DNA of 64,000 nucleotides from a virus. The stretch is taken from the IMG/VR virus record IMGVR_UViG_3300034101_005796, positions 2,893 to 66,892 of that record. One strand, 5' to 3'. The position numbers and the translations under genes are program-made. The notes beneath the pieces are model-generated. The model was not told where the DNA came from. It did no database searches and worked only from the letters and a program-made list of their open reading frames with translations. Shown here piece after piece: positions 1 through 11,400 of the stretch (positions are counted from its first letter, which is position 1; each line of letters opens with the position of its first letter).

Positions 1-1699
1 CCGTGGCGAGATACGAAAAGAATTGCCCGGCCGTTGCCGAAACCGCTGTCGCGCTGGTAAAGACAGGCTGCACTACGGTCGAGGTGATCACGAGCGTTTT
101 CGTGTCGGTGGCATTTGGATTGATTGCTTGCAGTGTGACGCTGAAAGATCCTGTCGTCGTTGGCACCCCACTGATGCGAAAGGTAGTGCCATCGTAAGAT
201 AATCCGGCACCGATGGCCGCAGTGCCAAGTGTCACCGCAAAACTTGTGGCATTGCTTCCGCTCACCTGATAGCTAAAAGGAAAACCCACCTGCGCCGCCG
301 CCGTTAAGGGACTGGTAATCACCGGAGAGATCACCACCGCATTGATCGTTAGTGTCCTCGTGATCGATTCGTAAGCGTTGCTTGCCGTAATGGTCACTGT
401 GCGTGTTCCCCCGGTGGACAATGTGCCAGAAAGAACTCGCGTGGTGGAGTTAAACGCCAAACCCGTGGAACCAACATCAACGCTCACAGTCGTGGCCGAG
501 GTCGTCGTCACCGTATAAGCCAATGGCACACCTACTGTGGCGCTGATCGACAGCGAGCTAGTGATGGCTGGCACCGGCGCCGTCACAACGACCTGTATGC
601 TCACCGTTCTCGACCCGAATCTGTTCGTGGCCGTCACGGCTATGCTCTGCGTGCCAATGGCAGTGAAAGTCCCGCTGATGCGACGGGTCGCGGCGTCAAA
701 AGTGAATCCCTGCAGGTTTCCAAAGTTGGCCGTAATTGTAGAGTAATCGCTGGCTTGAACGACAAACACAAAGGGATCTCCCGCCGTCGCGGCGACTGTC
801 GCTCCACTTATTGCCGGAACCGGAATACCTCTGGAATAATACTCAAATGTGGCGCTGCGACTGACCGTGGTCAACCCTCCCGTGATATAATACCTTGTTA
901 AGCTCGGGCTGTTAAAGATGACCCCCTGTGTAACTTGCGGATTGACCGGAACACCATATCTTGCGGTTGCCCTGTAAAATCCCGCTTCTTGTAAGCCATA
1001 ACGCGGCGCCAGCAGATACGGCCCTAAACCAGCGCGCCAACTTCCACCCCATTCCGGGCTGACATTGGCAATGAAGGAGTCCTCGTATGCCACTAGAAAT
1101 GTTGGCACATGTCGGACGAAAGTCGTATTGCCATCAGAGACAGCGGCCTGCCATACGGATATAGGTGGCGTAACTCCTAAATGTTCGTACGCCATATCAC
1201 CAGCACCACCTTCGATACGCACCCGACCCACATAGGTAGGCAATTCAAGACCAGAAAATTCCAAATTCTCCTCGACCGCATCACGATAGATCAGCGCCCC
1301 ATCGACCGCCGCTTCCGGGTCGCTGCCCACACTCAAGTAAAGAGTGCAGTTGATGGAGCTGGTCACTTCGCTAGTGGCATTCTTGATCGCGACAGTGATA
1401 GGCACAACCTTCGACGCATTGGCTGTATTGTTTAGCGCTATCTCATTGCCGCTCCAATTATTGACCAAGATGCGCGCTTGTGCGCTAAACCGAGGAAGGC
1501 TCACCGCGGGTAAGCCCGGCACCCTGATCTCGACCCAGTGAGAACCTGTGTCTGCATTTGTCCACGAAAGGTCCACATAATACTCAAAATACGTCGGTGC
1601 CTCGAAGAGCTGGAAAACGGAGGCCTGAAAAGTGGACGGGGGGCCGAGCTTTCGAGAAACCGGGCCGAGCGTCAGGTTTGTTGGTGCTACAAGCGACAT
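1..1699 (-). CDS. Tail/virion protein with tandem putative Ig (He_PIG-like) domains, 3'-partial (runs off window start)
   Basis: Not in ORF track. Manual translation from ATG at 1699 (MSLVAPTNLTLG...) stays open to position 1. It has ~85-aa repeats such as PAITSSLSISATVGVPLAYTVT...LSGT and PVITSPLTAAAQVGFPFSYQV...ISGVP. Confidence 0.8.
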   Translation of the reverse strand, partial: MSLVAPTNLTLGPVSRKLGPPSTFQASVFQLFEAPTYFEYYVDLSWTNADTGSHWVEIRVPGLPAVSLPRFSAQARILVNNWSGNEIALNNTANASKVVPITVAIKNATSEVTSSINCTLYLSVGSDPEAAVDGALIYRDAVEENLEFSGLELPTYVGRVRIEGGAGDMAYEHLGVTPPISVWQAAVSDGNTTFVRHVPTFLVAYEDSFIANVSPEWGGSWRAGLGPYLLAPRYGLQEAGFYRATARYGVPVNPQVTQGVIFNSPSLTRYYITGGLTTVSRSATFEYYSRGIPVPAISGATVAATAGDPFVFVVQASDYSTITANFGNLQGFTFDAATRRISGTFTAIGTQSIAVTATNRFGSRTVSIQVVVTAPVPAITSSLSISATVGVPLAYTVTTTSATTVSVDVGSTGLAFNSTTRVLSGTLSTGGTRTVTITASNAYESITRTLTINAVVISPVITSPLTAAAQVGFPFSYQVSGSNATSFAVTLGTAAIGAGLSYDGTTFRISGVPTTTGSFSVTLQAINPNATDTKTLVITSTVVQPVFTSATAVSATAGQFFSYLAT

Positions 1700-1700
1700 G

Positions 1701-2516
1701 CTATTTCTCTCCCGTCCCGCCGTGGCAATAGTAAGCCACATACCCGCGCGGATCCGCTACATCGTTCTGCGTGTCAAAGTATGACATCCGTATACGCAAT
1801 ACAAAATCGGGTCCGGTCGGTAGCTGCGCAGGCAAAGCGCCGACCACCCTATTGTAGCGAATGATGTCCGCTGTGAATGCCTCTTCCGAGGAGTTGGCAT
1901 TCAAACGCGAACGCTTCATCATCACGCCGAACGTGTGTTCCGACACGACATCCGTAATGAACAGTTGCTGTTCAATCAGCGGCTCCCGCCATTCGTAACG
2001 GTCGATGTTCGGGCCCAGCGGTGATGGCTGCGACTCCGTGCGCCGCATTCCGATCTCCCACACCATATTCCACGAGACATCCGTATTGTTGCTCATGAGG
2101 CGCACGTCGAGCTGACGGCGCAGGGTGAAGGTGCTGCCCAGCGTCAGACCCTCCGGCGTAAAAGCAATCGTGTAGAGGATCCTTTCAAACGCCTTGGGAT
2201 AAAAAGAGTTGGTGTTTTTGTAGCGCGTCAAGGGATACCAAAAGGAACCCGCGGAGCCGAAATACTCACCAGGCGCCACCTTTTGCGGTGGCCAACTGTT
2301 GAAGGCGGGCAGCGTAATGGTTTCGCCCGTGCCATTCTGCAGCACGCTGGTGCCCACCGGCACGGCTGGCAGCACGATTCCCGAACCACTCGTCCCAAAA
2401 GCGATCGCCGTGGCCGATCCCAAAAACGCTTCTACTGTAGCATCGTGAATCGCCGGGAGAAAACCAAGCGGGGGCGTGGGCAGTCCTTCAATCTTTTCTG
2501 TGCCTTTGATGATCAT
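1701..2516 (-). CDS. Putative tail protein, paralogous to the C-terminus of 2513-5224
   Basis: 271-aa ORF in the tail module; shares LPAI, FYP..ER.L and DPRG motifs with the upstream gene. Confidence 0.65.
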   Translation of the reverse strand: MIIKGTEKIEGLPTPPLGFLPAIHDATVEAFLGSATAIAFGTSGSGIVLPAVPVGTSVLQNGTGETITLPAFNSWPPQKVAPGEYFGSAGSFWYPLTRYKNTNSFYPKAFERILYTIAFTPEGLTLGSTFTLRRQLDVRLMSNNTDVSWNMVWEIGMRRTESQPSPLGPNIDRYEWREPLIEQQLFITDVVSEHTFGVMMKRSRLNANSSEEAFTADIIRYNRVVGALPAQLPTGPDFVLRIRMSYFDTQNDVADPRGYVAYYCHGGTGEK

Positions 2517-5224
2517 AGTCGGATCTGCAATTTGCCTGAGGGCGTAATCAGGGCTATTTGGCCGCGTGGGTCGAACAACTCCTCGGGATCGCTTTCCAGA
2601 GAGTCATCAATATCGAAGGCCGTCAGGCGCAGGCGCAAAGCTGAAGGCAGCGGAAAGGCGACCCCATCCGACGCCTTGCCATACGCCCGCCATGATGTGC
2701 TCATCCCGCCGCTTTCACGGAGAATGGAGAGGTTCCACGCGAATGTTTCTTGCGCTGAGGACAAGCCGATGCGCGTTCTGCCCAATACAATCGGGGCCGC
2801 CGCTGGCCCCAGAAACGATTCGGAGGCAATGATCGGCACCGCCTCGCACTGCAGAAAATACTGAGCTGCATAATCCACGCGCCCCCGCCCGCGCGCCTCG
2901 TCATCAAAAAAGCTGCCCAGCATGCGGATACGCACTTCGCCACTGGCCGTCAGCGTTGCCCCAACGGGGAACTGGTCTCCGGTCAGCATAATCCGCCACA
3001 GTTCGCGCTCCATTTCCAGCGGATAAAACGTATTTTGATCTCGGAACACGCGATACAAACACCTCCCATCGTCTGCGAAAAATCCATTGGCAGGCACGTT
3101 CTGCCCCTTCCGCCCTCCCCCGCCCGGCAAAGCGAGCGGTGTGCTCGCCTGATACACCTTCGGCCGACGTGTCGACCCCGTCAACGAGGGAACAGCCGCC
3201 ACCGCCGCGTAAGATGCACTGCTGCCAAAATAGGTTGTGCCGTTATATTCGATCGCCGTGCCATAATAAATGGCAGGCAGCAAATACGGCCAACGGTCTC
3301 CCTTCAACATCGACTCCGACCGCGCGGGCCAGCTAACGGGTTTTGCGGGCTCTTCAGGCACCGCATCTTCAACCACGCTGCCCTTTTCATCGAGCGTGGC
3401 CTTTTGCCCCATCTTTCCGATGCTTCCCGTTCCGGGCAGCAACACGCGGTAAAGCACACCGACCGGAAGAGCGTCCGGGTCTTTCGTATTCGCTGCCGCG
3501 GAATTTTCGACTTGCTGCACTTGATCCGACAAATCCGTCCCTGTCGGGTAGTTTTGCTTGATGGTGTTGCCCGGCGCAGGCACCACCACGATCTGGGAAG
3601 CCAAAGTATTGGTGGATCCCACCGTCGCAATGTCGGGCAGCAACTCACCCACCGCAGGAAGTTGAAATCCGACGATCGGCGCTCCGCTGGCAATGCCCGT
3701 GGTGCCCGCACGCGGTATGAGTTGTTCGACAATGGCAATCCGCCGCAGCATTTCATCGAGAAGCGGTTTAAGCCCGACCACTTGCTCCTGCGTATGCTCA
3801 TGCGGCTCCCAATCCCTTACCGTGGGTGCGCCCTGCACCGTAACCACAATGCCGTTGGCGGGTGGCGCGGCAGAAAATTCCAGCGTCAGTGAATTTTCAT
3901 CTTCAAGGCGTGCCGTGTAAGCCGTTCCAAACGCTAAAACATTCCATTCGTCGTCGTTCGTCCGAACAATGATGTTCGCCACCGCACCGTTAAGACCATG
4001 AACCACCTCGAACTCGGTGGAAGATCCGTTGCCAAGAGTCGTCGAATACGACTGCGGCCCCGTGACCACCTGATTCGGCAGAAAAGGCACATAAGTCACC
4101 GGGTTGGTTCGTAGCCAATCCGTGCTTGGTGCCACCGCCATATCGGGCATGATCTGCGGGCGCACGATCGTCAGCGTCGTCTGCCACAGTTTCCGCGTCA
4201 CCGTGCCCTCCGAGAAATCTCGGGGATTCTTGTAAAAATCGGCTTCCGCCTCAAAAGGCACGGTGATCCTTTCGCTGTCGCGCAGAGCAAAAAACAACTC
4301 CGCTCGGTCCAGCGGCAGCTCAAACGTCCAGTCTCCCGGCGGCGCGGAGTAGACGACCACCTGCAATTCTTCGACATCGCTCCCCGCCAAATCTCCCACA
4401 AATTCGATGTGCGCGGTATCGTTGAGGGGATTTGTCACCACCACGGACCCGACCCGTCCCGTGGGAAGATCGAGCATTCTGTTGATGGCCTGCTCGATTT
4501 GACGAGGCCCATCATCGCGACTTAAAAGACCCGTTTTTGCGTATTGGCCATAGCGCAACTGATAAACGCCTTGAAAGGTTGGCGGCACATAAAACTCCTG
4601 AATCTCATTCCAAAAATATGTGTTTGAGGGATCGGCGCCACCATTGACCAAGGTTTTGATCGTGGGCGCATTCGGCAAAACGCGATCGGCCGAGTCCGAA
4701 AATGCGTAAGGGGCTACCGTCAGCCGCAACTCATACGCCCAATGGCCATCGGTCTCCACGCCCGTGAAGCGCACGAAACTCACCGGCACCAGCCGATTCG
4801 CTGCTACCGTTAGCAACTGAGCCGCGCCGTCGCTCCTCCGAATCAGCACCCCTCCGGGAATGTCCATACACACAAAAGACGAAGCCTTGCCGGAAAGTGC
4901 ATTCAACGCCGCAGAAATGTCCGCCGCCGTAGAGGTCGCCGAAAGAAACTCCGTGGTATTCACTCCGACCTGAGTGGAGGCCGTGCCGATCTTGATCCGA
5001 TACAGCCCGCTGGCTGGACGCTGATCGACAGGGCCAATTCCTACCCGCAAGGCAGCGATCTCCTGCACGCGCTCGGTGAATCGGTTGTCCTTGAACTCCA
5101 GAAAGCGCAAGCTGTAGCGCAGAGCGCCCCCGGCAACCACGGGCGGAAACCGCAGCTCATCACCCGCCGCCGTCAAGCACGCGCGGCCGTTGTAAAGGTC
5201 GACGTAAAATAGATTTCCGGTCAC
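2513..5224 (-). CDS. Large tail tip/hub-like structural protein
   Basis: 903-aa beta-rich ORF downstream of tape measure; contains LGNGSSTEFEVVHGL and HEHTQEQVVGL fibre-type motifs; GTG start with upstream TTGACG motif. Confidence 0.7.
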   Translation of the reverse strand: MTGNLFYVDLYNGRACLTAAGDELRFPPVVAGGALRYSLRFLEFKDNRFTERVQEIAALRVGIGPVDQRPASGLYRIKIGTASTQVGVNTTEFLSATSTAADISAALNALSGKASSFVCMDIPGGVLIRRSDGAAQLLTVAANRLVPVSFVRFTGVETDGHWAYELRLTVAPYAFSDSADRVLPNAPTIKTLVNGGADPSNTYFWNEIQEFYVPPTFQGVYQLRYGQYAKTGLLSRDDGPRQIEQAINRMLDLPTGRVGSVVVTNPLNDTAHIEFVGDLAGSDVEELQVVVYSAPPGDWTFELPLDRAELFFALRDSERITVPFEAEADFYKNPRDFSEGTVTRKLWQTTLTIVRPQIMPDMAVAPSTDWLRTNPVTYVPFLPNQVVTGPQSYSTTLGNGSSTEFEVVHGLNGAVANIIVRTNDDEWNVLAFGTAYTARLEDENSLTLEFSAAPPANGIVVTVQGAPTVRDWEPHEHTQEQVVGLKPLLDEMLRRIAIVEQLIPRAGTTGIASGAPIVGFQLPAVGELLPDIATVGSTNTLASQIVVVPAPGNTIKQNYPTGTDLSDQVQQVENSAAANTKDPDALPVGVLYRVLLPGTGSIGKMGQKATLDEKGSVVEDAVPEEPAKPVSWPARSESMLKGDRWPYLLPAIYYGTAIEYNGTTYFGSSASYAAVAAVPSLTGSTRRPKVYQASTPLALPGGGGRKGQNVPANGFFADDGRCLYRVFRDQNTFYPLEMERELWRIMLTGDQFPVGATLTASGEVRIRMLGSFFDDEARGRGRVDYAAQYFLQCEAVPIIASESFLGPAAAPIVLGRTRIGLSSAQETFAWNLSILRESGGMSTSWRAYGKASDGVAFPLPSALRLRLTAFDIDDSLESDPEELFDPRGQIALITPSGKLQIRL

Positions 5225-5248
5225 TTACTCCCCATTGCCGTCAACTCG

Positions 5249-5434
5249 TCAACTTCCGGTGCTCTCATCCGGTTCGGAAGACTGAACTCGAAAGTGCGCC
5301 GGGGAGAAACTCATGACCTCATAGGGAAATGGCAGCTGCAGAATCGACTGCTCCTCGGCATTGAGCGCCCGCAGGCGGCGCTCCTTGTTGAGACCAAACC
5401 CATCTGAAAGCAGCAAAGAGCTTAGGTCAGCCAT
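5249..5434 (-). CDS. Small hypothetical tail-module protein
   Basis: 61-aa ORF preceded by AGGAGG Shine-Dalgarno. Confidence 0.65.
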   Translation of the reverse strand: MADLSSLLLSDGFGLNKERRLRALNAEEQSILQLPFPYEVMSFSPAHFRVQSSEPDESTGS

Positions 5435-5446
5435 GGCTTCCTCCTC

Positions 5447-6451
5447 CTAAGCAGTCCAGAATTTGCCCTCATTGGGCGTATTAAAAGCGGCCGCAAACTG
5501 CTCTTCGGCGAAAGCCGCTGCCGCACCGAGTAGCGCTGCAGGCGCCACGGTGTATCGACCCACGAGAAAAGCCAGGGTTGGATCCAACTGCCAAGGCGCC
5601 AAGTTGAAAGGGCGGTCATTTTTCTCTGCATAGTTCAGGTTCCAGAACACATTGTGCTTTACATACACTTCATGGGAGCCGCCGGGCGGTTCCACGCTCA
5701 CGGCTTCTACCTGCGACGATCCTTCGCCCTGGGGACCCAAAAAATAAATCGTGGCAATGAGCAGGTAGTCAATGCCGTCGTCCGGAGCCACCTCTCGAGC
5801 CGCCGCAAATCCCCCGCCCGGCTGGTTCGTCCCGATATTGAGATTCTTGTCTGGCATCGTGCCGACGCGGATGAGTGGCCTTCTTCCAAGGATGTCCATC
5901 GCCTGCGTGTCGATCATCACATTGTAGTCCACCAGCTGGCCCGTCACCACGTTGCCGATCACATCGGCCGTCAGCTTATATGTCGGTCGCGCTTGCGCTA
6001 TGTAGACCTGCACCTGCGACAAGCTGCGCTCGTTTTTCTCCTCCGCCCGATCCGTGACGTCCATCGTCACCGTGTCTCCCTCCAAAGAAAGCGGCGACTT
6101 CCATGACACTCCCTTCGCCTTGAAAAAAGCCATCTCGGTCGGGACGAGGGAAAATGCGCCTTCCGGAATAGGGATGAAGGGTTCGTCCAATAAGCTGATT
6201 TCTTCTTCGGTGATATTGCCCTCATCATCACTCTTCTGCCTTTTGTAGATGGGCGCGTCGCCATTGACAAAACCCGGCCTCACTTTGATTTCCCAACCTG
6301 TGCCGCCCGTGCTCATGACCTCGGTGAACCAAGGATGTCGGAAGAACTGATTCGGAGCCTTCGCTGTATAGTAAGCCTCACTCCGCCGAGCCCCGCGACC
6401 CACTGACCTAAAATACACTTGGCTCATGCCACGTGGAAAAAGTGACGCCAT
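5447..6451 (-). CDS. Putative tail protein
   Basis: 334-aa ORF in tail module; N-terminus resembles 6424-7002. Confidence 0.65.
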   Translation of the reverse strand: MASLFPRGMSQVYFRSVGRGARRSEAYYTAKAPNQFFRHPWFTEVMSTGGTGWEIKVRPGFVNGDAPIYKRQKSDDEGNITEEEISLLDEPFIPIPEGAFSLVPTEMAFFKAKGVSWKSPLSLEGDTVTMDVTDRAEEKNERSLSQVQVYIAQARPTYKLTADVIGNVVTGQLVDYNVMIDTQAMDILGRRPLIRVGTMPDKNLNIGTNQPGGGFAAAREVAPDDGIDYLLIATIYFLGPQGEGSSQVEAVSVEPPGGSHEVYVKHNVFWNLNYAEKNDRPFNLAPWQLDPTLAFLVGRYTVAPAALLGAAAAFAEEQFAAAFNTPNEGKFWTA

Positions 6452-7002
6452 CCCAAGCCGCGCGGCCCCATGGCGTCGAGTCTTTTGGAAGTGCTGTGTC
6501 GGTAGGAAAAATAAGCAATCTGGTAAATTCTCGCAATCGGCGCTTCAGTATCAATCAAGACCAAGGGCGCATAACCGACCAGTCCTCCCTCAGAGCCCCC
6601 TCCTCTCGGGCTGTCATAAATGTCGATCCCCAGATCCTCGCTGCTCGCCCCTTCCTGTGTCCCGGCGATCATTCGACCCGTCGCTTCATCGACCCGCACC
6701 TTCAAGCACAACCACGCCCGCGGCGCGGGGATCTGCAACTCCAGATTGGTTTGCGAGATAACCTTGCCATCAGAGCCCACGGGTTCCACCCCGTTCACAT
6801 ACCCTGCCGTCATAGCTGCCGTGAGGGTTTGTTGCCCCACTGCTGCGTCGACCAAATGAAAAGCACCCTGAAAAGACGCACTCGATTGGCTGCTGTAAAT
6901 TGTGGTGCGCCGCCGCCGCCCGCGCCCGATCGAGCGGGAATAAAGATTGGCCCCGGCATAAACTACCGGCGCCGAAGGCCGAAGAAAAATCGGGACGATC
7001 AT
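6424..7002 (-). CDS. Putative tail protein
   Basis: ORF-track 6424-7155; start reassigned to ATG at 7002 (MIVPIFLRP), just after the upstream stop. Confidence 0.6.
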   Translation of the reverse strand: MIVPIFLRPSAPVVYAGANLYSRSIGRGRRRRTTIYSSQSSASFQGAFHLVDAAVGQQTLTAAMTAGYVNGVEPVGSDGKVISQTNLELQIPAPRAWLCLKVRVDEATGRMIAGTQEGASSEDLGIDIYDSPRGGGSEGGLVGYAPLVLIDTEAPIARIYQIAYFSYRHSTSKRLDAMGPRGLGWRHFFHVA

Positions 7003-7004
7003 AA

Positions 7005-7724
7005 CTAGTCTGAGAAAGTATCCGGGTCGTAGATTCTTTTCTCCCAGCCGTCGGCAGAAAAAAGCCACTCTTCCAACACTTCTCTCGACGATCCAAAAAT
7101 CTTGGACGTGGCCCCACTTTTTAACCATGAGTTTGCATCGCCCCCCAGATCCCAAGGCGGTCTGTCGATATACCCAAGATTGCCCAGCTTGGGATTACCC
7201 GAATACCTTTTCAACTTTAACGAGGCGCGGGGCGTGAAGTAGCTGTCCACTCCATACAGCGGATTCAGCGTGATGGACTCCCCACTCGCATTCACGCCCT
7301 TTCGCCGTCCGCTGCCTGTCGGATCTTCGATCGGAAACGTCAGCACCCCATCCACCAAGGTGCCATTGTATGTCTGCATGAGCGCGCTGATTCGCGGATG
7401 CATTGTCAGCGGTGTCTGATCCGCCCATATCTCAAGCGACAGCTTAGTGTCATTCTCATCATAACTGTCGCCGCCACCCGTTCCACCGCTGGCGGAGATT
7501 CCACCTTGGTATGTCCAGCGGATGGTTCCAAAATGGCCATCCATGGGGTCGTTTTCTTCATGGCCGACATAACTTACACCCTGAACCGGACACGAGGGTG
7601 GGGCGGTGTTAGGAGCTTCACCTACGTAGTATCCCACCATGGTGACAGTCATGGCGCCCGGCGCTTTCCACTCCATGGATTCAAGCCGTGGCGGCGGAAT
7701 TGTTCCTATAATTCGGTTACGCAT
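7005..7724 (-). CDS. Putative distal tail protein (paralog of 7726-8481)
   Basis: Start reassigned to ATG 7724 (MRNRIIG), adjacent to the upstream stop; EDPTGS...NPLYG motif. Confidence 0.65.
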   Translation of the reverse strand: MRNRIIGTIPPPRLESMEWKAPGAMTVTMVGYYVGEAPNTAPPSCPVQGVSYVGHEENDPMDGHFGTIRWTYQGGISASGGTGGGDSYDENDTKLSLEIWADQTPLTMHPRISALMQTYNGTLVDGVLTFPIEDPTGSGRRKGVNASGESITLNPLYGVDSYFTPRASLKLKRYSGNPKLGNLGYIDRPPWDLGGDANSWLKSGATSKIFGSSREVLEEWLFSADGWEKRIYDPDTFSD

Positions 7725-7725
7725 C

Positions 7726-8481
7726 TTACTGAGAATAAATTGCGGGCTCCCATCCACCCGGACCACTGAGTAACCATGTTCGCCGGACCAAAAATGTAGT
7801 TCCCACCTGCTCCGCCGAGGCTCCCACATAAAGCCAGTTTCGGTCGTTTTGACCACCCACCACCGCCGAGCCGGGTGGATCGTCGATTGTTCCAACCTTG
7901 TCAAATAGGCTGGTCAGCTGCCCCTTATTCATTGGCTCCTCCTCGATATGGGTTGCTCCTATATCAAAGAAGTCATTGATTCCGTAAAACGGGTTAAGAT
8001 TACTCACAGAATCTCCGTCTTTGGTCAAGCCGCTGCGGCCCGAAGATCCCGTGGGATCTTCAGCTTCCCAAATCACTTCGCCTCGCACCACGCGCCCGTA
8101 GCGCTTTCCTGTCTCCGGGTTTCGGTATCCGATCCATTTTCCGAATTCAATGTGCGATGTGATAGGCGATCTGTTTACCGACGCCTGCACCGTGCTAGAG
8201 GTCCCACTTCCCGCATACTGCGCGTAGGAATCGGCTGTTACGGACTCGTAGCGCCATTGATAAAAAGCCGAACCTTCCTCGAAGCTCGCCGTGGCACTGA
8301 CCAAGGCTAAGCCACCCAGTGTGTCAGCGGCGGGAACAAGATCCACGGGCGGACCGCCACCTTGCCATTGCCATCGCTGTTTGATGTTGCGAAACCTCAC
8401 GCCGCGCTTGCTGCCGCCGTCTGAGACTGCCGCCAAGAGACGGTTGCTCGTCCCGCCGCCACTAAGTGTCATGGTTGCCAT
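7726..8481 (-). CDS. Putative distal tail protein immediately after tape measure
   Basis: Start at ATG 8481 (MATMTLSGG); position after TMP; EDPTGS...NPFYG motif. Confidence 0.65.
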   Translation of the reverse strand: MATMTLSGGGTSNRLLAAVSDGGSKRGVRFRNIKQRWQWQGGGPPVDLVPAADTLGGLALVSATASFEEGSAFYQWRYESVTADSYAQYAGSGTSSTVQASVNRSPITSHIEFGKWIGYRNPETGKRYGRVVRGEVIWEAEDPTGSSGRSGLTKDGDSVSNLNPFYGINDFFDIGATHIEEEPMNKGQLTSLFDKVGTIDDPPGSAVVGGQNDRNWLYVGASAEQVGTTFLVRRTWLLSGPGGWEPAIYSQ

Positions 8482-8483
8482 AA

Positions 8484-11400
8484 CTATTCGAGAGTTTCCC
8501 CCGCTTGCGTTCTGGCCCATTGCGCCATCTCCTGCTCCCTGTTGTTCATCTGCTGCAAGAAGTCCTTCTGCTGCTTGGCGATTTCCTGCAACTTTTTGAT
8601 TTCAGCAGAGGGATCATTCACCAAACCTCCGAAGCCCGCCGCGCCGCCAACGCTCGCTAAGTCGGACATCCTCGGTTGCTTAGTTTCCTCGATGTTCTTG
8701 GCCGCACGCTCCATGTCCACCTGGAATCCCGCTAAACTTTTAGCGTTGGCAGCGTTCTCCTCGGGCGAGAGATTGGGGTTGCTTACCGTCTTCCCGATTT
8801 CGCGAGCTCGCTCCTCCTTGAGTGCTTCATCTTCCAGCGCATCAGCCGCTTCTTTGGCGCCGCGACGATCCGTGCCGAAGTTTTCCTGCACCCGCAAGGC
8901 TTGGATCTGAGCCTGCCGATTCATGTCCGATACCACCTTGGCCTGACTTTCCTGTGCTGCCACCTGCTCGGCTTGAATCTCGTCTGCACTTCGGCCACCC
9001 CCGCCCACCGCCGCCAACTGCACCTCCGCCGCGCGGACGGCGGCTTGGGCTTGTTGCGCCTGCTCCTTGTTGCCCGGCGCCACGTTCGCCGCCGCTTCCC
9101 TTGCCTCCTCCAACTCCTTCAAGGCATCTGCCCTAAACTGTAAACGCCATTCTTGATTGGCCTTGGATTGCAGATCAATAAGCGCCGCATCCAAAGCTTC
9201 CACATCTTCCAAGCCCGTCATCTCAAGGGCGACTTCCACAATGCGCTGTTCATCCTCCGTCGCGGTCCCTGCCAACACCTTGTCGACCTTGGGCCGAAGC
9301 TCGTTTTGAATCACTTCCGGATCTTCTGTCTTCAAATTCAAATCGACGGCAGCGTCCGCTGTGGCCTTTTGAGCTTGTTCCAAATCGCGCTGCGCTTCAT
9401 TGGCCGTTAGGTTCGGCTTCTCCTCCAAATAGTCCTCGGCTCGGACTTCGGCGTTTTTCACCCGCTCCTGCGCCTCGTCAAACGCCGCCGCATTACCCTC
9501 CTTCACCGGCGCCGCCGCCACTTTCTGCGCTCGTTCCAAAGCCTGTGCCGCCTTGAGTTGCGCCTGCAACTCCTCCTGTGCCACTTGCGCGCCGGTTTTT
9601 TTCAGCTGCGCGATCATCGTTTCGTTGCGCAGTCTTTGCATGGAGAACTCCGCTTCCGCTTCGGCTACCGCTTGCCCTTGCAACAGATTGGCATTGGATT
9701 CATCGGTTTGTATGGCGCGCGGCAAATTGGATTTTTCCAAGCCCTCATCACGGCGGAATTCCAACTGTTGAATAGCCGCGCCGCTCGTCTGCTCTGCTCC
9801 GCCGATGGAATTGGTTAGCTCAATGACCGCGTTGAGCAACGCCTGCGCCGCCGTGCGCTGGTCGGCCGATGGCCCGCCTTCCTCATTTGCTTGCCGGATA
9901 CCGTCTTGATTGCTGTCGATAAATTCATCGGGACCAGCGGTATTGGCCAGCACTTTGGTCGCTTCTGTCTCGGCATCGCGAAGCAACTGCCGCTGCGCGA
10001 TTTGCGCACTCGTCCTCGTAACGTCATTATCATCCGTCGGCGCCTTACGCTCGATCTCCTGCAACGCCGCAAACGCCGCGCGCAAAGAGTCCGTTTGCCC
10101 CGCCGCTCCGGCTTGTGTCCTTTGATTGATTAAATCCTGCCGCTCTTGTTCTGCTTGTCGTATTTGTTGATCAGTAACACCTCGCCCGCCCGCCGCAATG
10201 GCACTTTGCACATCGCCAAAACTGCGGGCGCTGCCAGATTGTTCCTCTTTTTGGCCGCGCAATGCTCTTAGCTGTTCATCTTTTTGGGCTATCGCGGCGT
10301 CTAACTCCTTCTGGCTTGAAGAAGCCCCAAACTCCGGCCTTTCAGTCTTCACCTCCGCGATCGCGCGGCGCCCAGTGTCTATTTTCTGGCTGGCTTTTTC
10401 GGCATCTTGCCGCTTCTTTGCGCTATCATCCTTGAGAACCTGCAAAGCCTCCTTGCTTCCCGCCCCCATCTGCGCCGCCGCCAAGCGCGCATCTTCCGCA
10501 ATTTCCCTCTCCAGTTTGGCCCGCTCGCGCGCCTCCTGCGTGCGCTTCGCATCCAGCGCCAGCGCCGCTTGATTGATCGAAAGAATTTGCTGCGCGAAGC
10601 CTTGAATCTGCGTCAGGCCACTTTCCGCATCACTCACCCCTTGCTCGGCCGCCGCCAACACATCTTCCCGCCGTTGGCCCTCGATACCGAACGTAACGTC
10701 CGGCGCCGCCATGCCGCGCGTTCCATCCGGATTGATCCCGTAGTATTTGTCGCGATCTTGCCGCGCGGTGTCGCGCCGCTGCTTCGCATCCGCCAGATTT
10801 TTCTGGGCCGCCGCGACGGCTTCTTTTGCGGAACTTTTGGCCTTGTCCAAATCCTCCGGCGTCTGCACCGCTGCGGCGGAACTCGCCAATGATCCCGCCG
10901 TTTGTCCTGTTTGGGCGCGCGATTGCTGCAACTCTCTGTTGAGAGATGCCACTTGCTGTCGCGCTTGAATCGCCTTGGTCGCCAACATCACCAATCCTGA
11001 CGCCACCAGCACCAAGCCTCCACTCAAGCCGGTCATCAGCCCTGCCCAGGCGCGCGCCGTGCCCATCATGCCCACCATCGCCGCCTGTGCCACGCGCGTT
11101 TGGATAATAAAGCCGATGATCGCCTTGCTCGCGCCCAACAGCGAAACAGCCAGAATCGTGAGCACCGCCGCCGCCACGGTGCCCAGTGCCTTGAAAACGC
11201 CCTGCACCACCCCCATCTGGCCGACAGTCGCTAAGAAATTGCCGAGGGCTTCTTTGACCCCCTGCACACCGCTCATCATCACGGCCCAAGGACCGGCTGC
11301 CGCTTCTTGCAAGGCGGCGCCGAATTTCTGGAAACCAAGGGCCGCCCTCCCGCCCGCTTCATTGGCCTCCTTGAACATATCGCCAATTTTGGCATCACTG

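Noticed and set aside
7899-7904. TTGACA as another late motif or as TTG start of the 7005 ORF
   Set aside because: It lies inside the upstream coding sequence with no convincing start at the usual spacing; ATG 7724 is the better start.
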